DNA of 64,000 bases from contig NIVC01001471.1 of NCBI GenBank assembly GCA_002269645.1, forward strand, positions 186,001-250,000. The letters run 5' to 3'. The first letter of the stretch is position 1; each line of letters begins with the position of its first letter. The position numbers and the translations under genes were made by a program. The notes under the pieces are model-generated. The model saw only the letters and a list, made by a program, of their open reading frames with translations. It did not search any database and was not told where the DNA came from. The stretch is from Macrostomum lignano (Eukaryota). Of this stretch, positions 37,881 through 49,010 are shown piece by piece.

Positions 37881-39599
37881 TGGTACAACCGTATAGTACT
37901 TGGGCTGGGCACCTGAAACGACCCGGGTTACTACACAAAACTTTCATCCCCAGAAATACATGTCAAACTCGACCCCGTTGATTGAAGCAACTCTCACCCC
38001 GTCCCAATCTGTCTCACAGAAAATCTCACATGTCTCAGAAGATTTTCTGTGACCTGTCTTCAGTTTATGACATATGGCGAATGTAAAATGAATAAGAATA
38101 AATTCTATATGCATTTAGTGTCAATGAAAATGTTTCTCATTGTGTTTGTTGCAGACTAAGCCAGGTAATTAAAGCCCCTACCTCGCGTCAGGCGCTTGGC
38201 TAAGTAAAATAAGACGCCTGGCTAAGACTGGAAATATTACGCGACCTTGTTGGTATAGGTCCACTTTCTTCTTCTAGAGAAGAAGTCATAACAATGGCGT
38301 CGCAAGCAATCGTAACTTGACGGTCTGATGTTCAAGCTCGTAATGAGCAAGGATCCGACCAAGTCTGCAGGGGATCCGACTAAATCAGCGGTGGATCCGA
38401 CCAAGTCCACTGGGATCTCTCCAAGCCGTAATGGAGGAGGTTCTCAGAACGGGTCACAGTCCCAAGCAACTCAAAGGGATGCTCAAGCCCAGAGCGCCAC
38501 GATCGGTGGAGAAAAGGTGACGTACTTTGTTAGAACTTGAATCGCTTTCATCAAGTGACAGACTTAAGAATTTCAAGATGATGTGTAATTTCAGATTTCA
38601 GATTTTCAGATTTAGATTTTCGTTCAGAGCCTTTGTGCGTTGCGACAGTGAGACGCTTTTCTCACTGAGCTACTCAGCAATGTCTTCAATCACACGATTG
38701 ACGACTGGGCGAGCATCCAAAACCAGATCTGGTTGACGAGCGGCTCCAACTGCCGCCAATCTCAAGCAGCATAAACACAGAGAGATGCGAAAGTGATGCA
38801 TTTAGTTAATAGTGGCATTATCTTGCAAAATGTTTACGATAAATGTGCTTCTAAGTTGATTTTGATGTACAGGCTGACCCAAAGGGAACTGACAAATTTA
38901 AATTGCTTATTTAGTCACCTATTTTTGGGTCACGCCGTATATAACAAGGCCAGTAAGGGAGTTTCTCAAGATTACACCGGCAATGTTAATTTTACTGGTG
39001 AATATCGTGCACCAGGCTGTTGGAGAAAGCTACAATTACGTTATTGCATCCTGATGAGCTTCCAGTGGTCCTTCTATTAGGCTTTTTTTGTCTGAATTGA
39101 CTGATTGCGCATTCAAAGTCAGCTCGAGAACTTTCAATAGTTTTAAGCACCAAAAAGGGCTCCTCATCCGACCTGGCAATGGCTCCTTTCCCTCAGCTCG
39201 AGTTTTACACAGGAGTGAAAGGGCTGAAGACTGCGGTTTACGAGCAAGCTGAGAGAGAAAACGTGGAGATCAAACTAGTTTAGTTAGCGATTTATACATA
39301 TGAGGTTCTACAAGTGAACGATACGACGCACATTGCTACACGATGAAAGCGGTCTTTCGCGTCCCTGGGATTTCCCTAGGGAATCCCGGAATTTCCCTGC
39401 GATTTATATTGTCCATGGTCGCTTTGAAGCTCAACAAGAAGCAAGACATATATTTGTTGTATATGACTTTTTAAAATCCTACGATTAACATAAACAACGA
39501 TACAACAAGCCGAGAGAAAAAATACAATGCAGCCAATAACAATGAAACTTTATAGGTCACTAATAATGCACTACTGTTGTTCAACGCAACAGATTGTCA

Positions 39600-40400
39600 C
39601 CATGTTTCAATTTAGAATTCTCACTTGTAATAGACATTGAACGTACAGCCGCTGAAGGTTCCATGGAATCCACCTTTGGAATCAGATGAAGCCGTGGTAA
39701 CTGTAGCTGTACATGCGGTTTCAGCAATAGACAGACTGGCATCTTGAGGGCCATTTACTTTCGAAGTAACGTTAGATCTTCGTCTTCGATGGCACTAAAC
39801 CTCTTCATTTCTCCACCATTCTCCAGAAACAGTCTAGCGGCAATCTTCAACATGTCGTTGGCTCTCTTGAAGAGTTGACTGGAGAGGATATCCACTCCAC
39901 GTGACCGAAATAGAAGGCGATGCAATCCGGCCCTGAAACAGCGCAGAGTAGCAGGCTCACCTAGAACCCACCATCAGAACGCCTGATAGAACCATAGCTC
40001 GTACGCGATCCGGATACAGGCGCTCCTCTGAGCACTTTTCAATATCAACATCAATTTTCAGGGACTCCATGGTCGATTGAAATTTTTCCAGAGCCCATTT
40101 CTCTTGCTGACCAGCACTTGGTGGCTCACACGCTTTCTCTACCAGATCCAGGTCACGCATAATAATCTCGATGTTTTCGTTGGTCGTAGATCTGGAGTCC
40201 AGCAGTTCGGAGATCATCGAATTCTCAATCCTCGAGGCGAATCCGGAAGCCATGTCTTCCAGACTGTTCGAGTCCATTTCCATGGCGAATAGAATGTTGT
40301 CGGCTTCCATTCGTGCTGCTATTTCGGCCTTTGTCAGTCCGACGATGTCACTGTATTCAATGTGCAGTAGACCGGTGGGATATGATGAATCGTCCTCCAT
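39600..40400 (-). mobile_element. Crypton-like recombinase remnant, internally deleted
   Basis: ORF 39957..40400, then GLHRLLFRSRGVDILSSQLFKRANDMLKIAARLF and tail GFHGTFSGCTFNVYYK*. Confidence 0.55.
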
Positions 40401-40524
40401 TTTATCGCCAGTGAATGTCTATTAGCGCCCTCTCTGATGGCTCTGGCTCTCGCGTCCCTCTCTTTCCAATTCTGTGGGTTTTGGCCACAGACATAAGAAA
40501 AATCGACATCGGTCATTAATATAT

Positions 40525-40612
40525 TAATATAGTTAGGCTGTTGAGGGCAGAAATGAGCGAAACAGACGAGGCTGATCCGCTCATTTCTGCCCTCAACAGC
40601 CTAACTATATTA
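40525..40612. repeat. Perfect 35-bp inverted repeat with 18-nt spacer
   Basis: TAATATAGTTAGGCTGTTGAGGGCAGAAATGAGCG (40525-40559) is the exact reverse complement of 40578-40612. Confidence 0.95.
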
Positions 40613-40845
40613 GTATTGTAGCCAATCTAAGCCTGCCAACGCAGCGGGCGAGAAATACCATTTCACGCCCGCTGAATCCATTCTATGGTCCAATTCCATT
40701 TGAAGTAAGCTATTGGCTTCATTTCTCGCCCGCTTCTTCTTGACTTTTCTATGGCCTAAGCACTCGAGACCTGTCATATTAAGTCATGTTGAAGTCATGT
40801 TAGAAAGAAAAATCCATCGTGTTTTTCCTTTACTGTTTGTCGAAT

Positions 40846-41240
40846 ATGCTGCGTTATTCTTCAATACGCGAAGACGAAATTAGTAGATTGAGCTCAGATG
40901 AGCTCGATTTCATCACGCATCTCGATCCTCGGGACGATGTCGACAGAATCGGTCAATGGACAGGGCTGACGGATGAGCAAGAGAGGCTAATTGATGAGGA
41001 ACTACGCAATCCTACGCCGGAAGATCACGTTGGAAACCTGTTTCGTGAATTGACCGAAGAAGAAGAAGCTGGCCTACATCATGTGGAGCAAGAAAGTAAA
41101 CGGAAGTCGACGGTTAAGCAAACCGAATTGCATATTCGCAAACTAAAAGTTTCTACGCGCGGAGAATTTACCTGATCACATCGAGAATATGCCAGTGAGG
41201 TATCTCAACTCCTATCTACGCCTGTTCTTCGTTCACTTTA
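40846..41240 (+). mobile_element. Crypton-like recombinase N-terminal fragment
   Basis: LFRELTEEEE..KRKSTVKQTELHIRKLK, then HIENMPVRYLNSYLRLFFVH in a shifted frame. Confidence 0.55.
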
Positions 41241-41589
41241 ACTTTAATCAATCAAACTAAGGTCAGAAGGTCAGACAATCGTTGTCACGCACTGGGACCG
41301 CTGATTATCTATCCATTGCTATGCACTTTTGGTGACAATAACACGCGCGTGGGATTATATCATTATTGCAAGGCAAATTACAAGGAGCAAATTAACGAAA
41401 GCTTACTAAAGGCAGAAGGCCGCATTCACAAATTCTAGATGACTTGTTATTTCTTAGAATCCCAACAGTAAATTCTCCCTTTTGTACCCCAAAATTACAG
41501 TTTACTTCGAGATTCGGGAATTTCTTGTGTTGTAAACTTTCTTGTCTTGTCTTGTCTTGAATTTCTTGTCTTGTCTTGTCTTGTTTTGT

Positions 41590-41860
41590 GTTCGTCCAAG
41601 CGACCTGTTGAGAAGTCGGCCACTCCAGCTGGTAGGCCACATCATCCTCGCCGAGTCGTACTGCCCAGAGCCGGTACAGGAGGCGCTCTTGCTAACGCTG
41701 CAGGCACCCTACCGGCGGGGGCAGGCGCGCATTCGGCGTTTCGTCGACTTCCTGCTGGCCGGCTTCGGATTCGGCTGGCGACGTGGCGTTCATTCGCGAC
41801 CTGGCCTTGAGGCGCGCCCCGTGACGCTAACTGCGTATTATGTTATTGTTGTTAATGTAA
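41590..41860 (+). mobile_element. 3' fragment of an RTE-like non-LTR retrotransposon, preceded by (CTTGT)n
   Basis: LRSRPLQLVGHIILAESYCPEPVQEALLLTL..RRGQARIRRFVDFL resembles post-RT C-termini of RTE-type elements. Confidence 0.55.
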
Positions 41861-43403
41861 CCTGAGCGACATTATTGAGTTTCCTTCCTGAAATGCCAAC
41901 TTGTCGGTGGCTTGGACCCATAATTTATACTATGTTATGCGAATGAATCAAACTCAAGACATTTATATTTTTTGATACTCCGTTACCGGTCAGTGGTAAA
42001 ACACGTAAACAATACAGTCTTCGAATTCAAGGCAAGAATGAGTGCCAATTTCAATTTCTTCAAGGATGTAAAATGTCTTTAGAAAATTGAGTTCCAAAGT
42101 AGTTGCTGCTATTGCTGTTTTCGCCTGGTACTTCCGTGATGTAGGTGCACAGTTCCGTTCGCTTACCTTTTGGATCATGCCTTGGACATTTAAAATGTTA
42201 CAAGGAGTTTAAATTTTACTGTTTTTAATGCCCTAATTAGAACACTCTGGCTTGTTGAGCACACTCCCTGGTGTATTTTTGACAACTATCTATTTTCCAA
42301 ATGTTTCCAAATGGACTCAAGCGATTGTAAGGAGTCAAAGGCAATGCCATGCCCCGCTTCCTTCCTAGTCAAATCAATCGCTAAAACTTTTTTGAGCTCA
42401 CAAAGGAGGACAAATATTGATTTTCTCGCATTGGGTGTGTTTTCTCGCCTCGTATGTTTCAGAGTTATCACAAGTCAGCGATCTGAGAGACTTTTTCAAG
42501 ACACGCACGAGAAAGTTTCACTTCCGGTAGTAATATGTTGTCAGAGCTTCGCTTTCACGGATGTTTAATGGTGACGAACCCAAGGACTGCTAAAGTAAGG
42601 CAGGAGTTTTTTTGTAGTCCTGAGGCTTGCAAAAATCAAAATTTTCGCTTGTTTCAGCCCTCTGCAGCCTGTCAACATTGGCATGGTGCTGCTAGTAGGG
42701 TTTCCACCGGTAGTAGGGCGCCATGCCAGTTCGATTTCTTCAACCTGATTGTTTTGCGTTTCAAGAAAAAGCGCTGCATTCTTTGCTGAAGTTTGCAGAG
42801 ACTCGCATTGGTGAACGCAGATTGCTAGCGTTACAGACAAACCAATCTTAGACATTTATTGTATAGGTGGATTCTAGAGCAGGGGCGCGGAAAAGAAGAA
42901 TTGATGCCAGAAGTTTAAACGCCATATGCAAAATAACGACGTCAAGTTAAACATGAAGAAGCGCAATATCAACTATAAAACTCGAGGGGAGTTGCTGAGA
43001 TGTCAATATTCATGGAAGGTATTGATATTTTCTGAAATGCTGTGACTCTCAGCAGGGTTAAGGTTAGGGTTAGGTTTTGGGTTCAACCATAAAGGTATCG
43101 CCTATCAAGCATAAACGGCTAAAGTGGGAATCGCTAAAATGCTACGGCAAATGATGAAGTTTCTGAGATGTATGCTTTCATGGGGGTTTCTGAAATGTTA
43201 TGACTCGTATAAAAAATTGCTGAGGTGTCCAGGTTTATGAAGACAAAGCGTGTCTGAATGCTGTGGCATTAACAAGCAGTGGAAAAGTCTGTGTTGCATT
43301 CTTATTGGCTGAGAGCATGGCAGATGAAGTTTAAATCCCGATGCTATGAAACGGCTGTAGCCGTCGTCTCCTGCTCAGCAAGTTCTCTGAATTTAAAGCA
43401 AGG

Positions 43404-44411
43404 ATGTCACCTCCGAGGGCGCTCCTCCTCGCCCTGCTGAGCCTCGCCTGCCTGCGCAGCCTGCAGTCCTGCCAGCCGCCCTACCAGTCCGTGTCCGGCT
43501 TCTGCCTGCTCGTGAACACCACAGCCGCAGTCGGCTGGTGCCAGGCAGCTCGTCTGTGCCAGGCCGTCGGAGGCGAGCTGGTGATGGAGCCGGCCGCCAT
43601 CCGGGCAGCTGCGCCGTTCGCCACGGGCTCGGTGATTCTGTGGGTTGGTGTCACCGACTTTCTGGACGAGCAACTGACTAGCAGGTAAGGCAATAAAAAA
43701 TCACTTAAATGTGGAAATCTCAACAAGGATCTAAAAAAATATACTATTTTCCTCAAAATGCGTCAAAGAGCAAGCTGCCAAACTGCGCAGCAATTCAGTT
43801 TAGAAAGTCCTTTTACCTTTCTTGCTGTGCAGTGAATGAAGAAGGACGCTACTTGAAGGAGCATTCACTATAACGATCAGACCATTCAAAAAGCAACTAA
43901 CTCAACTTGGCGAACTGATATTATGTTTTTAGTGGCTCGTGGTTCGAGTTTTTCATTTAACTTAGATTTTCACCTTCTCAGAAGCGGCTGGCGCATGGCA
44001 AATGGAACCGAATTTGTTGCTCCAAACTCTGACTGGCCATTTGGCTGCCCAAACAATAATGAGCACTCGGACGATATGCTGGCGCTATCGGATGGTGCTT
44101 TGTGCGACTTTCGGGAATTTTTCCGAGTCGGCTTCGTCTGCCAGCCCGTGGCGACCCCGAACAGCGGAACCTTCCGTCGGACCAGCTTCCTGCAGCTGGG
44201 CGACATCACGCCCTACTACTGCTACACGGAGCTGCAGTCGGTGCAGCGCAGGCTGCTCTGCGTTCGCCAGTGCGCTGCCCGCTGGGAGTGTCGGGCGGCT
44301 CTGTTCAACCGGGCCGAGTCTCGCTGCCGCATGCTGGACTTCGCCGACGCGAGCGCGGGCGACGCCATCGAGAAGAGCGGCGCATGGGAGAAGTTCGTCA
44401 AGGTCTACTGA
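43404..44411 (+). CDS. C-type lectin + PAN protein, third intact copy; join(43404..43684,43982..44411), 236 aa
   Basis: Same exon lengths and domain pattern; GTAAGG donor and TTCTCAG acceptor. Confidence 0.88.
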
Positions 44412-44519
44412 AGCTCGGAGACCTATTGCAGATCGGGCAGACTCTGGAGAGACACTGAAACACCAGCGCCTCACAAGGCCTTGTCATCGCTAACAAGAAC
44501 AAGCGATTGCCCAAAAAGC

Positions 44520-45200
44520 CTAGTCATTTGAGCGAGAGTCGGATTTTCCTAATCCCAAACTGTTCAGCCAGTTAACTATGGTCGCGCGAAGGCCATGAGT
44601 TTTGAATATTTTTGTGTAAGTGATGAATACCAAAAACTCAAAAATACAATCTCCGATGACATCGCAGAGACGAGCACTGAAAAATGGATTTATTGCATTT
44701 TTCCTTCGTTTAGCTTGGGCTTTTTCTAGGATTTTATCCATATCATAGGCATAGACAAAGCGGATTCCATTTGGCAACAATAAAGCTCTTTTTCACTGGA
44801 GACTTTCCAATGCATTTTGCTTTTATCAAAACGGAAGCCATCAAATCGTCTTCTGGATAAAGCAAAAACTTCAGCATCATTTTTCTTCCTTGACGTGTCG
44901 ACTGATTAGACGAAGAGCTTTTCACAAAGACATTTTTCCTGTCATTAAAGAGGTGGCATGTACTGCTGCTTGCATTCATTTGCACGTGTGGCTGAGCTGG
45001 GAGCTGCAGACGCAGAGTTCAGGCCTTAACTGTCGCGAGCTCGAAGAACAGCTCTTTAGTTGCTAGGGTATTCTTACCTGACGCTACCGATAAAAATTCG
45101 TGTGCGAGGCTGTCCATCTGTGAGCAGTCCGATTGTTTTTGGCGATATTTCGGCTTGATGAAGATTTTAAGACGCTGCTGAAGTTGTTAGAAGCTGAATG
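44520..45200 (-). mobile_element. Possible tyrosine-recombinase (Crypton-like) remnant
   Basis: LPNG..MDKILEKA and FKTHGLRATIVNWLNSLG (H-x-x-R motif); the remainder is degenerate. Confidence 0.35.
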
Positions 45201-45483
45201 TTACGAGCGTATTCATAAAAATGGGCTGTGCTGCTGAGCTTAGAGTTATTATTCCTTTTCTGTAACCGTTGCAGAATATTTTTCAAATTTCTCTAGTTGG
45301 CAAAAGGCCTGAAGCGCTGCTACAAATTTATGAAATTTTGCCGACTATCATGATAGAATCAATGCATGGTAACTATGACTTTTTGTCCTTTACTTTGCTC
45401 CAATTTACTTTTCAATGGAACAGCGAGTTCGATCCGTACTCATATTTTTAACCAGAACTGTTCTTTAGCAAGTATTGAGAGGG

Positions 45484-45626
45484 AGACCAGTCTCCCAGCT
45501 GACATTTCTCAACTGACCAGTCACTCAGCTAACCAGTCACTTAGCCGACCAGTCACTCAGCTGATCAGTCACTCAGCTGACCAGTCTCCCAGCTGACCAG
45601 TCTCCCAGCTGACCAGTCTTCCAGTT
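45484..45626. repeat. 16-bp tandem repeat (GACCAGTCACTCAGCT), about 8 copies
   Basis: Direct reading. Confidence 0.85.
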
Positions 45627-46310
45627 CGGACACCCAGTACGGGATACTTTATCAGTTCACCGAAAGATTTTTGCCAAGGTTTGGAAGGATAAGATCTACG
45701 AGATGGAGAGGACTGCAACGAGGGTTCAGGCGAGCGTTCAAGAGCGCTATGATGAGGCAAAACGATGTTTGCCACCCCTCCACATTGGAGCTCATGTTGT
45801 TCTCCAGAGTCCAGTAACAAAGCGCTGGGAAACTAAAGGGGTAATTGTAGAAGTTGGCAAGCACCAAGACTACCACGTCAAGCTGGCCAGTGGCCGGATC
45901 CTGCGTCGAAACCGCGTATTTATCCGGAAGTGTCTGTCGCAGGAGCAGCTTATTAGCAACAATTCGCCTGTCAAGAATGTTACCAGCCCGCCAGCCAGAG
46001 TTGTACACGCACCGGTGCCCAAGCCGACAACTACGAATACTGTCCCATGGAGAAGTCAACGATTGAACAAAGGGGTTCCAGGACGCAGGTTTCGATACAA
46101 GAAGTTCGGAGAACTCGAGACCTCGTGACGAGGAGGGAAGGGGAAGAGAATATTACTTGAATGCGAGAAACTGTTACGCTCGTAAAAGGGGAGATGTTTG
46201 ATTAACGCATACTCATCATTATGTTCTTTCTATGGCCTAAAGTATAAGTGCACTAGTATAAGTGCTCGGCCGGCCCGCGACAATAAAGAAAATATAATAA
46301 CCTTGTCACA
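45625..46310 (+). mobile_element. Gypsy LTR retrotransposon 3' end: integrase C-terminus, polypurine tract and start of 3' LTR
   Basis: FGHPVRDTL..LPPLHIGAHVVLQ..RWETKGVIVE..GRILRRNRVFIR*; PPT AAAAGGGGAGA (46184-46194) directly followed by TG at 46195. Confidence 0.8.
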
Positions 46311-47588
46311 AACTACAAGCTGAATAGCTACAAGGTACAAGTTACAAGCAAGAGTGTTTCACAAGTCTGCTTGTAGATTTTAGCCAAAAAATGTACAAGT
46401 ATAACAAGCTTGTAGCTATTCACTTTATCGTCTATGGTACAAGTGTCTACGTCCCTGAGGAGGCAGAGAAAGCATCTCGAAGCAAAAAATAGTCAATACG
46501 TCTTTCTTCCACGCTGGCTTTTTACATTCGCTTATTCGCCGAAGATGCCTCTCTCTGCAAGTGAGAAAACGCTTCTGTTAGAGAAGATACGCGAAGTCAA
46601 AAGAACATTAGATGAAATTCACGCGCTCTTTGAATGTGCGCCGGCACTTGGGTTCGACGGAACCGTTCCTCTCCTCGTCAGACGAGTCAAATAACGTACT
46701 TATCTAAGCGCACTAATAATTGAAGTCAAAAAGAACTCGCGTTTAGTGAGTGAGGTTAGATCATGGATGAATAATATATCTGGATCGCCAGAAGCTCGAT
46801 TTTTTTGGTCCTAGCCATAGACAAGCACCAGCATCACAAGAAGCTCAGAATGCTTTAGAATTCCTTGCACTGACCCATGTAAATAATTTTTGTCTACATG
46901 TGAAAGTACGGCGTTTTGAGCTTCTTGTGATGCTGGTGCCTGTCTATGGTAGTTTATGAAACGAAATTCACGTGTAACATGTCACTAGTCGCACTTGTAG
47001 CCACTACAAGTCGTATATGAAACAACCCCCAGGCCTCGGCTTCGCCTAGGCCAAGTAACGAGTCCTCTGCTTTTGCTTCAGACCAAAGAAATAAGTAAAC
47101 GGAAATAACTTTCATATATAAAAATTTTTAATTTATAAAAATTATACCTAAAATTTTTTCTAATTATTCGCAAACTATTAACATTCGCACAACGCTTTCC
47201 CGTTTTCTATGGGCGGAAAAGCTTTTGGACCAGCAGGAACTTGAATGCATGCGGCTAGGCTAGCTAGATAAGCGAAGAACCATGTGTCCATATCGACTTT
47301 ACAGAATTCTTTCGGTTATGAAAGCGAACGTCAGAGTTATTCTTATAGGATCCCCTTTACCTCACCTGTAACCCTACAGGTTACAGGCGAACTTGAGAAT
47401 AAGATGGCGTGCAGACAATAACAAATATGCAACCGTCTGCATGACAGCAACATAATTCTAACAGCACAGCTCGCTTTAGAGGCCTTTGATCTGTTAAATG
47501 AGCCTGCTTTGCTTAGTTTAGAAATTCGCAAACGCAAATTCTATGTTATTTCTAAAATTTTACATGGTGAGAAGTGTGAATTACGCCG

Positions 47589-47700
47589 GTGCATTAGGGC
47601 ATTGTACCGATACATTAGTGCAATACACCGATGCATTAGGACATTTCACGGATGCATTAGGACATTGCACCGATGCATTAGGGCATTACACCGGTGCGTT
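47589..47700. repeat. 21-bp tandem repeat (GCATTAGGGCATTGTACCGAT), about 5 copies
   Basis: Direct reading. Confidence 0.85.
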
Positions 47701-48310
47701 AAAACACTGCACTGAAATTACGACCTCACAAATGTAACTTCTCGTGCATAAAATGTCCGACAATACGGAGCAGTTGAAATTTTCAAACAAGCGCTGCGTA
47801 ACTATACAATACAGAGCCAATAATTTTGCATGCTGCTGATACTACACTTTGGTGAAGAAAATGTGACGTACGCTCGTACTTTGTTAGAACTTAAATCGCT
47901 TTCATCGAGTGACAGACTTTACGAGCTAGAACTTCATGATGATGATGTGTAAAAAAATAATATTTTTGCTGCAATTGTGCTAATTTCGAGTACCAAAGAT
48001 ATGGTCATGGTCCCACCTACGCTCGGCTCGTAATTGTACCTGCACCAGCGGTGAGCACCGAAACTACGCGTACACCCTTAGAAAGCTGCGACTTCCTGAT
48101 TTCAATCGTTTAAAGATGAGAAAAAAGTGACTGAAATTTGTGAATTTGCTCACAGCCAAGCAGTATGCGGTCCAATGGTGGCCTATGTGAACCGACGACA
48201 GCCTCCACTGAACAATCAGAGTTTGCCAAGTTGCGAACGAGTTAAATAAAGCAATATCCATGCAATTGATGAAGCCCACACAGCTGGAAAACCGATGATT
48301 TACCGCAAGG

Positions 48311-48585
48311 ATGTCGACTCCGAGGGCGCTCCTCCTCGCCTTGCTGAGCCTCGCCTGCCTGCGCAGCCTGCAGTCCTGCCAGCCGCCCTACCAGTCCGTG
48401 TCCGGCTTCTGCCTGCTCGTGAACACCACAGCCGCAGTCGGCTGGTGCCAGGCAGCTCGTCTGTGTCAGGCCGTCGGAGGCGAGCTGGTGATGTAGCCGG
48501 CCGCCATCCGGGCAGCTGCGCCGTTCGCCACGGTGAAGCTGTGGGTCGGCGTCACCGACATGCTGGAGGAGCGGCTCGCTAGCGG
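48311..48585 (+). pseudogene. Lectin-PAN family exon 1 pseudogene; exon 2 not found
   Basis: Near-identical exon 1 with GAG>TAG at 48494-48496, a small deletion near 48532 and a degraded donor. Confidence 0.88.
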
Positions 48586-48894
48586 GTTCGTTCAGAACCT
48601 GAAGTAAAAACGAGCCTGTATTTTAATTATATATCCAGCTTTGAAATGCACAGTTTATGTGACTTATATCGCTTTTGACGATTGAAATAGGCTTTGTTCA
48701 AACTAAGCGAGGCTGCGCATGCTCCCCATATAATCCGGCACAAGGGACGTAACAAAAACATGGCCATAGCCGTTCAAGTCATGGACTATAAAAGGAGAAT
48801 CAAAATGAGACCCAGTCTATAAATACGAGAACGATTCCGTCAGCTTGTTTCTGTTTCAATTTTGTGCATATTTCAACTTAAATTGTACACTGCA

Positions 48895-49010
48895 ATGACT
48901 CAACGGATTCCAACAGAAGACCATAAACGCATGATCGACTCAGTCGATAGCGGAGCATCCATTTTAGCTGTCTCTCAAATTCTTAACATCAAGAGTATCC
49001 GCTTATAGGA
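48895..49010 (+). mobile_element. Tc1/IS630-like transposase N-terminal HTH fragment
   Basis: MTQRIPTEDHKRMIDSVDSGASILAVSQILNIK parallels the N-terminus at 59139. Confidence 0.45.

Noticed and set aside
24286-44135. Diversity-generating retroelement (C-type lectin variable region with an RT in the same window)
   Set aside because: Differences are not restricted to adenines. Many are synonymous C/T or G/T changes and many A positions are invariant. No non-coding template repeat was found, and the RTs present are Gypsy and DIRS types.
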